DNA from: Alphaproteobacteria bacterium
Lineage (GTDB): Bacteria > Pseudomonadota > Alphaproteobacteria > UBA828
Length of the DNA: 64,000 nucleotides
Assembly: GCA_963422645.2 (NCBI GenBank)
Contig: CAXXVO010000006.1
Coordinates: 64,001-128,000, forward strand
Reading direction: 5' to 3'
The position numbers were made by a program, and so were the translations under genes. Positions 50,310 through 59,963 of the stretch are shown here, piece after piece; within the stretch, counting starts at the first letter, position 1; each line of letters starts with the position of its first letter. Below the pieces are notes generated by a model. The model did not search any database. It was not told where the DNA came from and saw only the letters and a list, made by a program, of their open reading frames with translations.

Positions 50310-52469
50310 TCAGACTTCCTGACCTCGTGATGCTGGCTGTTCTGGGCAGCGTGCCGGGAACTCCTTGAATTCTGATACATTTCGGTTGTTTCAGGCGGTT
50401 TTTCGCTGGGTGTCGCGCCCGAGGTCTGATATTATAATTTGATACCAATTGCACGGTCTCAACCATGCCCAGTACCCTCCCAATGTGCCCTCCAGAGGCG
50501 GTCTCGATCGGCAACAGCTGCTTCGCCGTCCTGATCTCGGACGACACCTTCACCTACTTTTCCAACCTCATTCCCTTTGACAGCCACGCCGCCGATGACC
50601 GCACGGCCATGCTCTTGCGGATCGGCCGCCTCGCGGCGATCAGCGCGGTCTCGCCGCAGGAACTGGCTGACGCTTTCGCTGTCTCGCGCGCGACGGTGCA
50701 GCGCGCACGACGGCGCTACCTGGCCGAGGGCGAAGCGGGGTTCATGAAGCCCCGGCGCGGTCGCGGGCCGTCGGTGTTCACTCCGGAGTTGGCGGAGAAG
50801 GCGACGGCGTTGCTGGCATCGGGCCTGAGCGGCTCTGCGGCGGCCCGGGTTCTCGGCGTGTCAGCGCCATCGGTCAACAAGTGGCGCCGTCAGGGACTGA
50901 TCGGCAACACGGAGGCGGATGGGGAGCCCGGACGCTCAGCGCTGGCTGCGCCGCCTGACGCGGGTGCGGCTCCTGAAGGCCGTGTCGATGAAGAGAGTAC
51001 CGGTGCCCCGGGGCCGGAGACGGCGCCGGGGCTGGAAGCGCAGCCGCAAACGGATCGCAGCGCGCGCGATCGGCGGGACCGGCAGGCGCCGATGGGGCGT
51101 GCGACTTGCGATGTTCCGGCTCGGGTTCTGGCCAGTTGTGGACAGGCGGGGCCGGTCGAACCGCAGTTCGCCGCCGCCGCCCGCGGTGTCCGCTTCGGCG
51201 GCGTGCTCGCCGCCCTGCCGGCCCTGCTGAAGGAAGGTCTTCTCTCCGAGACCGGTCTCCTGCCATTGCTGCCGAAGGGCTATTACGGCTTGCCTACGAT
51301 CCTGCTCTTCCTGGCCTTCATGACCTTGGCGCGGGTGCGCAACCCCGAGAGCCTGCGCTACCAGGCGCCGGGCGAATGGGGCGCCATTCTCGGCCTCGAT
51401 CGCTGCCCCGAGGTCAAGACGCTGCGCCGCAAGATCGCTCTCATCGCCGACGACGAGGCCGGCGTGCGGGCGTGGCAGCTCGCCCTTGCCAGGCGCTGGC
51501 AAGGCCGACGAGCCGGAGCTCTGGGCGACGCTGGCCATCGACGGGCACGTCAAGGTCTACTCCGGCCGCAAGGGGCGCTTGCCCAAGCACTTCGTCTCGC
51601 GCGAGAAGCTGTGCCTGCCGGCGAGCGCCAGCTACTGGATCAACGCTCTGGGCGGCAAGCCGCTGCTCTGTCTGCACAAGCCGCTGGACCCGAAGATGGT
51701 CGCGGCCATCGAAGCCGACGTGGTGCCGGCGCTGCAGGAGCTTGGGATCGTTGGCGCCGGGGCGCCGGACCTGACCGCCGAGCATCCCGGCCAGCCGGCG
51801 CTCACCCTGGTCTTCAATCTCGACGCCCTGCCGACCCACGAGCTCGAGCCTCTCGATCCCGCCGCCATGGTCGTCAACCCGCTGCGGCGGGCCTATGACA
51901 AGGCAATCCATCGCCTCGACCGCCAGCTTGGCCGCCTGCGCAACCGCATCGCCGACACGGCCCGGAAGAAGCAGCCGACGGCGGAACTCAGGAGGGAAGT
52001 CAGGGACCTCCAGGATGTCCGCGACATCGTCAGGGCCAGCCGCAGGGAGACGCCCAAGCACTGCCGGGCCGGCGACCTCGACGAAGCCGAGCAGCTCGAT
52101 GCCTTGCCCGCGCGCGAGCGCCTCCTCCTCGACGTCATCCGGATGATCGCCTACCGCGCCGAAACCCGCATGATGCTTCCCGTCATGCAGGCGCAGGGCC
52201 ACAAGCCCCATCCCCGGAAACTGCTTCAAGCGCTGCTCACCGCCGATGCCGACATCCTGCCGGATCCTGGCAATGGCCTCCTGCGGGTCCACATTCTTGG
52301 CCTCGCAAACGACGCCTGCGACCGTTGGATCGATGCGGTTCTGAGCGACCTGAACGCCACCGAAACGGTCTTCCCCGGCACCCGTCTGCGCATAGTCTAC
52401 GACATCGACGGGGCCTCGGAATCCGCGCGGCTCGTGTCACCTAAAATCAGCAGAGGTCAGGAAGTCTGA
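50310..52469 (+). mobile_element. IS-A copy 4, internally deleted (2160 bp)
   Basis: Both IRs intact; +1 A near 51502; 354-bp deletion at TTC microhomology (junction 51815); 2513+1-354=2160. Confidence 0.92.
50465..52469 (+). pseudogene. Defective IS-A transposase
   Basis: Frameshift plus loss of the segment containing FDREG and RWSQEN. Confidence 0.88.
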
Positions 52470-52605
52470 GACTGTGACAGCTCATTCTATCCCCCTCATC
52501 CACCATTGATCGAAACGCCTTCTATCGCTATTGGATAGCCTCGATTTGGGAGAGGACCCTGTGCGGCGCCGGGGCGCGGTTGCGCGGGGCAAGGGAGTCT
52601 GCGCA

Positions 52606-53325
52606 ATGTCGAAGCCGCCCGCAGGCGCGGGGACGGGCCAAAAACCCGATCTTGAGGCCATCGCGCGCATCCGCGCGGACCACGCTCGCTGGCTCGAAAG
52701 CGAGGGCGCGGCGGGTACGCGCGCCGACTTCTCCGGCATGGAGCTTTCGGACGTGCGCTTCCCCGGCGCGGACCTGCGGCGCGCGCGCTTCGCCGACGCC
52801 AACCTCTTCCGCGCCGACTTCGCGGGCGCCGAGCTCTCCGAGGCGGATTTCACCGGCGCCAACATGAACCGCGCCGACCTCGCGGGCTCCACGCTCCAGC
52901 GCGCGGTGCTGGACAGGACCGATCTCTCCGACGCCGCCCTCGGCGATGCCCGCATGGAGCACGCCTCGCTGGTCGAGGCCAGCCTGCAGCGCGCCTGGCT
53001 CGGCCGCGCGCACCTGGAGCACGCCAACCTCACCCGCGCCGACCTGCACGGCGCCTGGCTCGGCCGCGCCAGCCTGGATCGGGCGAACCTGGAAGGCGCC
53101 ATGCTGGTGGGCGCAGAGTTCCCCGGCTCCAGCTTTCGCAATGCGTCGCTGAGGAGCGCCTACTTCGGCGGCGTGGCCCTGGCCGACGCCGATCTCTCCG
53201 GCGCCGACCTGGGCGAGGTGCGCAACCTCACGCTGGCACAGCTCGAGGCGGCGACGCTCGACGAGCGCACCATCCTGCCCCCGGAGCTCGACCTTCGCGC
53301 GGGCAAGGCGTCTGCGGCGGGCTAA
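52606..53325 (+). CDS. Pentapeptide repeat protein
   Basis: Many A(D/N)Lxx units after an H..WL....G.RADF leader. Confidence 0.88.
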   Translation: MSKPPAGAGTGQKPDLEAIARIRADHARWLESEGAAGTRADFSGMELSDVRFPGADLRRARFADANLFRADFAGAELSEADFTGANMNRADLAGSTLQRAVLDRTDLSDAALGDARMEHASLVEASLQRAWLGRAHLEHANLTRADLHGAWLGRASLDRANLEGAMLVGAEFPGSSFRNASLRSAYFGGVALADADLSGADLGEVRNLTLAQLEAATLDERTILPPELDLRAGKASAAG

Positions 53326-53404
53326 GGCCGGGGCCGAGGGAGATTTCAACGACGCGGCGACGCTGGCGCGGCGGCGACCGACAGAGCGCGGGAGGGAGGA
53401 CTTC

Positions 53405-55441
53405 GTGACGAATCTCAGGGTAGCGGTCGATATCGGCGGCACGTTCACCGACATCTGCATTCTCGACGAGGACTCAGGGGCCCTCAGGGTCGCGAAGACG
53501 GCATCGACGCCCGACGATCCTCTGATTGGCGCCATGCGCGGGCTCGAAGAGGCGAGCGTCGCGCTCAAGGACGTGACCCTCTTCTCCCACGGCACCACCG
53601 TCGCCACCAACGCGCTGATCACGCGCCGGCTGCCGCCCGCCGCGATGATCTGCACCGAGGGCTACCGCGACGTCATCGAGATCAGGCGCTCCAACAAGGA
53701 AGACCTCTGGGACACCTACAAGGACGTCGCCCAGCCCTATATCAGGCGCCGCGACCGGCTGACCGTGCGCGAGCGCATCGACCACGGCGGCAAGGTGACG
53801 ACCCCCCTGGACGAAGCGGACGCGCGCGAGAAGGCCCGCATCCTGCGCAAGCGCGGCGTCGACGCGGTCGCCGTCTGCTTCATGAACTCCTTCATCAACC
53901 CCACGCATGAGACCCGGGTGAAGGAGATTCTGGAGGAGGAGCTGCCGGGCGTGGAGATCACCACGTCGTCGGAAACCCTGCCCGAGATCTTCGAGCACGA
54001 GCGCTTCTCCACCACGGTGGTGAACGCGATCCTGAGCCCGGTCGTGGGCGGCTACGTCTCGCGCATGAACGACGCGCTGCAGCAGGGCGGCTACGCCAGC
54101 GACCTCCTGATGCTGCACTCCGGCGGCGGCGTGATGACGCCGGCCACCGCCGGCCAGTTCGCCGGCCGCCTCGCCGGCTCCGGCATCGCCGCCGGCGCCA
54201 TCGCGAGCCGCCACATCGCCATGCTCTGCGGCTACGAGAACTCCATCGGCCTCGACATGGGCGGCACCAGCTGCGACGTCTCGCTGGTGTTCGGCGGCGA
54301 ATCCCGCGTCACCAAGGACTGGCACATCGAGTTCGGCTACCCCATCCGCTTCCCCAGCATCGAGGTGCTGACCATCGGCGCGGGCGGCGGCTCGCTCGCC
54401 TGGATCGACGATGCCGGCTCGCTCCACAACGGGCCGCAGTCGGCAGGCGCGGATCCGGGGCCGGCCTGCTACGGCCGCGGCAACACCACGCCCACCAACA
54501 CCGATGCGAACCTGGCGCTCGGCCGGCTCGGCACCTCGCTCGCCGGCGGGCAGATCGAGCTCGACAAGGCGGCCTCCGAGACCGCCGTCCGCACCGGCGT
54601 CGCCGAGCCCCTCGGCATGGATGCCACCGCCGCCGCCAAGGCCATCGTCAGCGTCGCCAACGCCAACATGGCGGATGCCGTCAGGCTCATCTCCATCAGC
54701 CGGGGCTACGATCCGCGCGACTTCGCGCTCGTCGCCTTCGGCGGCGCGGGCGCGTTGCACGGCGTGGCGCTGGCCAAGGAGCTTTCGATCCCCACCGTGA
54801 TCGTGCCGCCCAATCCTGGGGTGACGTCTGCTCTCGGCTGCCTGCTCGTGGACGTGCGCCACGACCTCTCGCAGACCTACCTCGCGCTCGCGGCGGAGGC
54901 CGACCCCGCCGATATCGAGACCCAATTCGGCGAGATGGAGGCGGAGGCGCACAGCCGGCTGGTGAAGGAGGGCGTGGCGGAGGCCGACATGCTCCTGCAG
55001 CGCACGATCGACATGATGTACATGGGCCAGTGGCGCTCGCTCCAGGTGCCGGTGGCCTCGCCTTTCACCTCGGTGCCGGATGCGGTCGCCGCCTTCCACG
55101 CCGACCACGACCGGGAATACGCCTTCCGCCGGGACGAAACACCGGTCGAGCTTTTCCGCCTCAATCTCGCGGCCATCGGCACGGTGTCCAAGGCCGAGCT
55201 GATGCGTCATGCGGCGAAGGGCGCCAAGGCGGTGGCAGCGGCGTCGCGCCCGGTCGACTTCGACGAGGTTGAGGGCGCGGTCGAGACCCCGATATACTCC
55301 CACGAGGAGCTTCCGGCGGGTGTGACGATCGAGGGCCCGGCCATTGTCGAGCAGCTCGATTCGACGACAGTCATTCCGCCCGGCGTACGCGCAGAAGTGG
55401 ACGAGTGGCTCAATATCCGGATCCACGTAGCGGAGTCATAG
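53405..55441 (+). CDS. Hydantoinase/oxoprolinase subunit A (ATP-dependent lactamase)
   Basis: VDIGGTFTD, HGTTVATNA, DMGGTS.D, TIGAGGGS, AFGGAG. Confidence 0.93.
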   Translation: MTNLRVAVDIGGTFTDICILDEDSGALRVAKTASTPDDPLIGAMRGLEEASVALKDVTLFSHGTTVATNALITRRLPPAAMICTEGYRDVIEIRRSNKEDLWDTYKDVAQPYIRRRDRLTVRERIDHGGKVTTPLDEADAREKARILRKRGVDAVAVCFMNSFINPTHETRVKEILEEELPGVEITTSSETLPEIFEHERFSTTVVNAILSPVVGGYVSRMNDALQQGGYASDLLMLHSGGGVMTPATAGQFAGRLAGSGIAAGAIASRHIAMLCGYENSIGLDMGGTSCDVSLVFGGESRVTKDWHIEFGYPIRFPSIEVLTIGAGGGSLAWIDDAGSLHNGPQSAGADPGPACYGRGNTTPTNTDANLALGRLGTSLAGGQIELDKAASETAVRTGVAEPLGMDATAAAKAIVSVANANMADAVRLISISRGYDPRDFALVAFGGAGALHGVALAKELSIPTVIVPPNPGVTSALGCLLVDVRHDLSQTYLALAAEADPADIETQFGEMEAEAHSRLVKEGVAEADMLLQRTIDMMYMGQWRSLQVPVASPFTSVPDAVAAFHADHDREYAFRRDETPVELFRLNLAAIGTVSKAELMRHAAKGAKAVAAASRPVDFDEVEGAVETPIYSHEELPAGVTIEGPAIVEQLDSTTVIPPGVRAEVDEWLNIRIHVAES

Positions 55442-55443
55442 AG

Positions 55444-57441
55444 ATGAGCACGAACGGCACTGGCATCACGCTCGATCCGGTCACCTTCGAGGTCCTGAAG
55501 AATTCCTTCATCACGACCGTCGATCAGATGGCCGAGCAGATCCTCCGGACCTGCTACTCCTTCGTCATCTACAACCGCGACTTCTCCTCCGCCCTGAACG
55601 ACGCCAACGGCGATTCCATCGCCCAGGGCAACATGGACATCGCGGTCCACGTCGGCACGCTGCACTACACCTGCAAGGCGGTCATCGACACCTTCAAGGA
55701 CGACATGCGTCCCGGCGACGTGTTCATGACCAACGACCCCTACGCCGGCGGCACCCACTTCAACGACGTGCGCATCATCCGCCCGGTGTTCGTGGGCGAC
55801 GAGATCATCGCCTTCGCCCAGTCCAACGGCCACTGGTCCGATGTCGGCGGCTCAACGCCCGGCTCCTTCGACGTGCTCGCCAAGGAGATGTTCCGCGAGG
55901 GCATCCGCATCACGCCGACCCGGCTGATCGACGAGGGCAAGTGGCGCCACGACTTCGCCCAGATGATCGCCGCCAACACCCGCGATCCGGAATCGATCAT
56001 CGGCGACATGAACGCGCAGGCCGAGGCCACCCGCGTCGCCGAGCGCGAGATGCTCAGGCTGGTCGAGAAGTACGGCAAGGACACCGTCGTCACCGGCTGC
56101 AAGGAGGTGCAGGACTACGTCGAGCTCGCCACCCGCCAGCGCATCGCGGAGCTCCCCGACGGCACCTGGGAGAACGTCGACTACATCGACCGCGACCCGG
56201 CGTGCGGCGAGGGCATGATCCCGATCAAGGTGAAGCTCACCATCGAGGGCGACGAGGTCACCTACGACTTCACCGGCAGCCACGGCACCATTAGCACGCT
56301 CTACAACTCCGCCTTCGGCGGCACCTTCTCGGCCGTGGTTGCGGGCATGAAGACCTACTTCCCGGATCTGCCGCTCAACTCCGGCTTCTACCGGCCGATC
56401 AACGTGATCGCGCCCGAGAACTCCATCGTGGACGCCCAGTGGCCGGTGGCGGTAACGGGCTTCCTGATGCCCTTCGAGAAGATCATGAACTCGATCTACG
56501 AGATGTGGTCGGACATCGTGCCCGAGCGCGCGATCGCCTGCGCCTTCAACCTGGAGTACCTGCTCACCGGCGGGCGCGACCTGCGCACCGAGGACCGCAA
56601 CATCTTCATGTTCTACGACTGGCTGCCCGGCGGCTGGGGCGGGCGCAACGGCAAGGACGGCTGCAACGTCACCACCGCCTGCTTCGGCACCGGCCTGATG
56701 ACCCAGCCGGTGGAAGGCCAGGAGCGGCTCTGCCCGATCATCGCCAACGAGTACCAGATCGGCACCGATTCGCCCGGCCCCGGCAAGTGGCGGGGCGGCG
56801 CGGGCGTGGTCAAGACCAGCACCCTGCAGGAGGCGGAGAGCACCGTCATCTCCTACATCTGCGACCGCGAGCGCGCGATCGTCTGGGGCATCAAGGGCGG
56901 GCTGCCCTCCATGCCCCACGGGCTCTACATCCAGCGCAAGGGCAAGAACGAGCGCGAGTGGCTCGGCTCGATCTTCTCCGACGTGCCCATCGAGTCCGGC
57001 GACATCTTCTCGCGGCCGACCGCCGGCGGCGGCGGCCTGGGCGATCCGCTCGAGCGCGACCCCGCGGCGGTGGTGCGGGACGTGGAGGACGACTACGTCT
57101 CGATCGAGCGTGCGCGCAAGGATTACGGCGTGGTTCTCAAGGTGATCGATCAGGACCTCGCGAGCTACGAGGTCGACGTCGAGGCCACCCGTGCCGCGCG
57201 TGCCGCCATCGCCAAGGCGCGGCGCGGCTGGCTTGAGGAGGACGGCGCCGCCGTCGCCGAGCGCTACCGCAAGGGCGAGCTCAACGAGCTCGACATGGTG
57301 CGCCGCTACGGCGTCATCGTGGACTGGGGCACCGGCGAGTACTTCCCCAAGACCACCGCCGAGTTCCGCACGATGATGAAGAAGCGCTCCGCCGCCCACT
57401 GGAACGACGCCATCGGAGAGCTCGACCAGGCCGCCGAATAG
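55444..57441 (+). CDS. Hydantoinase B/oxoprolinase subunit B
   Basis: DPVTFEV, RDFS, NDPYAGGTHFND, HWSDVGG, GPGKWRGG, GGGGLGDPLERDP. Confidence 0.93.
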   Translation: MSTNGTGITLDPVTFEVLKNSFITTVDQMAEQILRTCYSFVIYNRDFSSALNDANGDSIAQGNMDIAVHVGTLHYTCKAVIDTFKDDMRPGDVFMTNDPYAGGTHFNDVRIIRPVFVGDEIIAFAQSNGHWSDVGGSTPGSFDVLAKEMFREGIRITPTRLIDEGKWRHDFAQMIAANTRDPESIIGDMNAQAEATRVAEREMLRLVEKYGKDTVVTGCKEVQDYVELATRQRIAELPDGTWENVDYIDRDPACGEGMIPIKVKLTIEGDEVTYDFTGSHGTISTLYNSAFGGTFSAVVAGMKTYFPDLPLNSGFYRPINVIAPENSIVDAQWPVAVTGFLMPFEKIMNSIYEMWSDIVPERAIACAFNLEYLLTGGRDLRTEDRNIFMFYDWLPGGWGGRNGKDGCNVTTACFGTGLMTQPVEGQERLCPIIANEYQIGTDSPGPGKWRGGAGVVKTSTLQEAESTVISYICDRERAIVWGIKGGLPSMPHGLYIQRKGKNEREWLGSIFSDVPIESGDIFSRPTAGGGGLGDPLERDPAAVVRDVEDDYVSIERARKDYGVVLKVIDQDLASYEVDVEATRAARAAIAKARRGWLEEDGAAVAERYRKGELNELDMVRRYGVIVDWGTGEYFPKTTAEFRTMMKKRSAAHWNDAIGELDQAAE

Positions 57442-57785
57442 GCAGCGCGCGAGCGCCCTCCCCTGCCCTGCCGGCACTCCTCAAACGCCGGTGAAGGGCA
57501 CTTCCGGCTAGCGCGTCTTGAGGTGGCCTCGCCGCGCCAATCGAAGGCAGTCGGGGCGAAGCCAACATAATCGGGTATCCCCGGGTCCGACCGCGCAGGG
57601 CCGGCCAGTTCGGGCGCGGTGCGCGAGGGACGAGTGCGCCGCGGCCCCTGCTCGGCTCCATCCTGCCGCGCGACGCCGCGATCGCATTCAGCCACGCGCG
57701 CAGCAGCCGAAACGAGCCCTGTGTGTTTTCGCGCCCACGGCTTGCGCTTCCCCGGATCGTCACCCTCGTGGCAGAGTCCCGTCCC

Positions 57786-58464
57786 GTGCGTGAAGCTTGT
57801 CTCTATTCCCCCGTAAAGGCGTTCCTCGAAGCCCAGGGGTATGCCGTCAAGGGCGAGGTCGAAGGCTGTGACCTGGTCCGCAGTCCGAGGCGACGAGGCA
57901 CCCGTCATCGTCGAGCTCAAGACGAGCTTCACCCTGCGGCTCGTCTTCCAGGGGATCGCACGGCAGCGCGTCACCGAAAACGTGTACCTTGCGGTACCGC
58001 CCTTCTCAACGCGCACCACCCGGCGAAGGGATGCACTCGCGCTTTGCCGCCGCTTGGGACTTGGCCTCCTCGCAGTACGGCTCAAGCCCGAGCCGCTCGT
58101 CGAGGCATTGCTGGACCCGGCGGAATTCCGACCGCGTCGACGGACGGAGCGCCTCGGCAGGCTGCTCAGGGAGTTTCAGCGTCGGGTCGGCGATCCGAAC
58201 GAAGGCGGGACAAACCGGCGCAAGGTGATGACCGCCTACCGCCAGGATGCCCTTCGCTGCGCCCTCTACCTCAACCTCCACGGTCCGACGAAGGCATCGG
58301 CGGTCGCCCACGACACCGGCGTCGCGCGGGCTCGGGCAATGATGTACGCCGACCACTACGGGTGGTTCGAACGACGGGTCGAGACACCCCGCGGAACCTA
58401 CGGGCTGACGCCGAAGGGTCGAGCCGCGCTCGACGAATACGGCGACGAAGTGTCGGACCTTTAG
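57786..58464 (+). CDS. DUF2161-like putative PD-(D/E)xK protein (apparent +1 frameshift near 57878)
   Basis: E..LY.PVKAFLEAQGY.VKGEV..CD then VIVELK...MTAYRQDAL...YGWFER. Confidence 0.75.
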
Positions 58465-58541
58465 AGAATATCCGGCCAGACGGGATCGTATCCGGTTGGC
58501 GCAAGGTGCCCAAATTCATACACGTTGGGGTCCGGAACCCC

Positions 58542-58612
58542 CCCACCTCACCCCGGCGCATTCTTCGTCCCCCCTCCGCCCTTGAGGGGGGAGGGGGACA
58601 GGGGGAGGTGGG
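58542..58612. repeat. Nested C/G-run palindrome between convergent genes (repeat or bidirectional terminator-like)
   Basis: Outer CCCACCTC..GAGGTGGG; inner GTCCCCCCTCC..GGAGGGGGAC. Confidence 0.55.
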
Positions 58613-58654
58613 TGTCGTTCGGGTCGAGGTGATCCGGTGTGGTCGGATAACGCG

Positions 58655-59062
58655 CTAAATTTCCGGCTCGCCTTCGGTCCTCGGCAGCCCGTCCGCGAAA
58701 TGCAGCCAGGGGACGCTGTCGGCCACGAATATGTGGCGCTGCGGCGTCAATGCCTCCGGCTGGTCGAGCGTGCCTACCGTGATCCACACTGCCGGGGTCT
58801 GCCCTTCGGTGTAATTGTAGAAGAGCTGCCCGCCGCAGCGTCCGCAGAATTTCCGGATCGCAAACGACGAGGACGCGTAGCTCTCCGTCCTTCCCTGCGT
58901 CACCGTGAGGGCGTCGCCCTCAAAACCCGCCCAGGTCTGGAACGCGGTGCCGCCCGCCCGGCGGCACATCGAGCAATGGCAGTGGAAGACGTACACCGGC
59001 TCCCCGCGGATCTCGTAGCGCAGGTCGCCGCAGAGGCAGCCGCCGGAAAGAGTCTCGGACAT
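58655..59062 (-). CDS. GFA (CENP-V) family protein
   Basis: GGCLCG...CHCSMCRR...FCGRCG. Confidence 0.9.
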   Translation of the reverse strand: MSETLSGGCLCGDLRYEIRGEPVYVFHCHCSMCRRAGGTAFQTWAGFEGDALTVTQGRTESYASSSFAIRKFCGRCGGQLFYNYTEGQTPAVWITVGTLDQPEALTPQRHIFVADSVPWLHFADGLPRTEGEPEI

Positions 59063-59171
59063 GGGTTCCGACCTCGGTCATGGAGTTCCTTCGTCCCCTA
59101 GTAGGGAAGGTCGGAAGGGCGTGCAAGGGAGCCTGTTCGTGCCGTAAGGAAAAGGGCGCCAGGGCGTGCGC

Positions 59172-59963
59172 CTATTCGAGGATCAGCTCCTCGATCATCA
59201 CCGGCAGCCCTGCCGTGAGCCCGCCGTCGACCACCAGGTTGGCGCCGTTGACGAAGCCCGCTTCGTCGGCTGCGACGAAGGCGACGGCGGCGGCGATATC
59301 CTCCGGTTGGCCGACGCGCCCGACGGGATACCAACGGGCCAGCTGCTCGAATATCTTGGGGTTCTTCTGCCGCCGGATTCGCCAGTTCTCGATATCCGTC
59401 TCCACCGTGCCGGGCGAGACCATGTTGGTGCGGATGCCCTTGGGTCCGTATTCGATCGCAAGCGATTGAGTGAGGCTCAGCAGCCCCGCCTTGGCCGCGC
59501 TGTAGGCCGGGTTGCCGAGCGCCATCAGGCCGTTCACCGAGCCAATGTTGACGATGGCGCCGGCCCCGCGCGCGACCATCCCCGGCAGCACCGCCTTGGC
59601 GCAGACGAACTGGCCGTTCAGGTCGACCTCCAGCTCCGCCTGCCAGTCGGCAAGCCCGGTGCTCTCCAGATCGCCCTTGGTGGCCCAGGCCGCGTTGTTG
59701 ACCAGCACGTCCGGCGCACCGATGGCGTCGGTCATCTGCTTCAGGGCCGCCGCGACGGAGTTCGGGTCGGTAATCTCGGCCACGAGCGCCAGCGCGCGCC
59801 CTCCCGCCGCCTCGACACGCGCCGCCACCCCCGCCGCCGCGTCCGGCTTCCGGTCGAGCACGCCGATGGCGCCGCCCTCCTTCGCCAGCCTGAGCGCGAT
59901 GGCGCTGCCGATGCCGCCGCCCCCGCCGGTGACCAGCGCGGCCTTCCCCTCAAAGCGCATCAT
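59172..59963 (-). CDS. SDR-family oxidoreductase
   Basis: VTGGGGGIG, LVNNA, YSAAK, VDGG. Confidence 0.92.
   Translation of the reverse strand: MMRFEGKAALVTGGGGGIGSAIALRLAKEGGAIGVLDRKPDAAAGVAARVEAAGGRALALVAEITDPNSVAAALKQMTDAIGAPDVLVNNAAWATKGDLESTGLADWQAELEVDLNGQFVCAKAVLPGMVARGAGAIVNIGSVNGLMALGNPAYSAAKAGLLSLTQSLAIEYGPKGIRTNMVSPGTVETDIENWRIRRQKNPKIFEQLARWYPVGRVGQPEDIAAAVAFVAADEAGFVNGANLVVDGGLTAGLPVMIEELILE

Noticed and set aside
47622-52469. IS66 and IS-A copy 4 as one composite transposon, or the MTase as part of a restriction-modification system
   Set aside because: IS66 has its own TSD, showing independent insertion; no endonuclease gene is adjacent.
52606-53325. Qnr/MfpA-type quinolone resistance gene beside an IS
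   Set aside because: Generic pentapeptide repeats; no specific similarity can be supported from sequence alone.
53405-57441. Acetone carboxylase or a specific lactamase assignment
   Set aside because: No gamma subunit gene nearby; substrate cannot be inferred from motifs.
14860-57890. Frameshifts near 14871, 23711, 31745, 51502 and 57878, and extra GG near 32500, as pseudogenes or programmed frameshifts
   Set aside because: All can be read as 1-2 nt insertions extending short homopolymers with otherwise intact frames, the pattern of long-read error; unresolved without reads.
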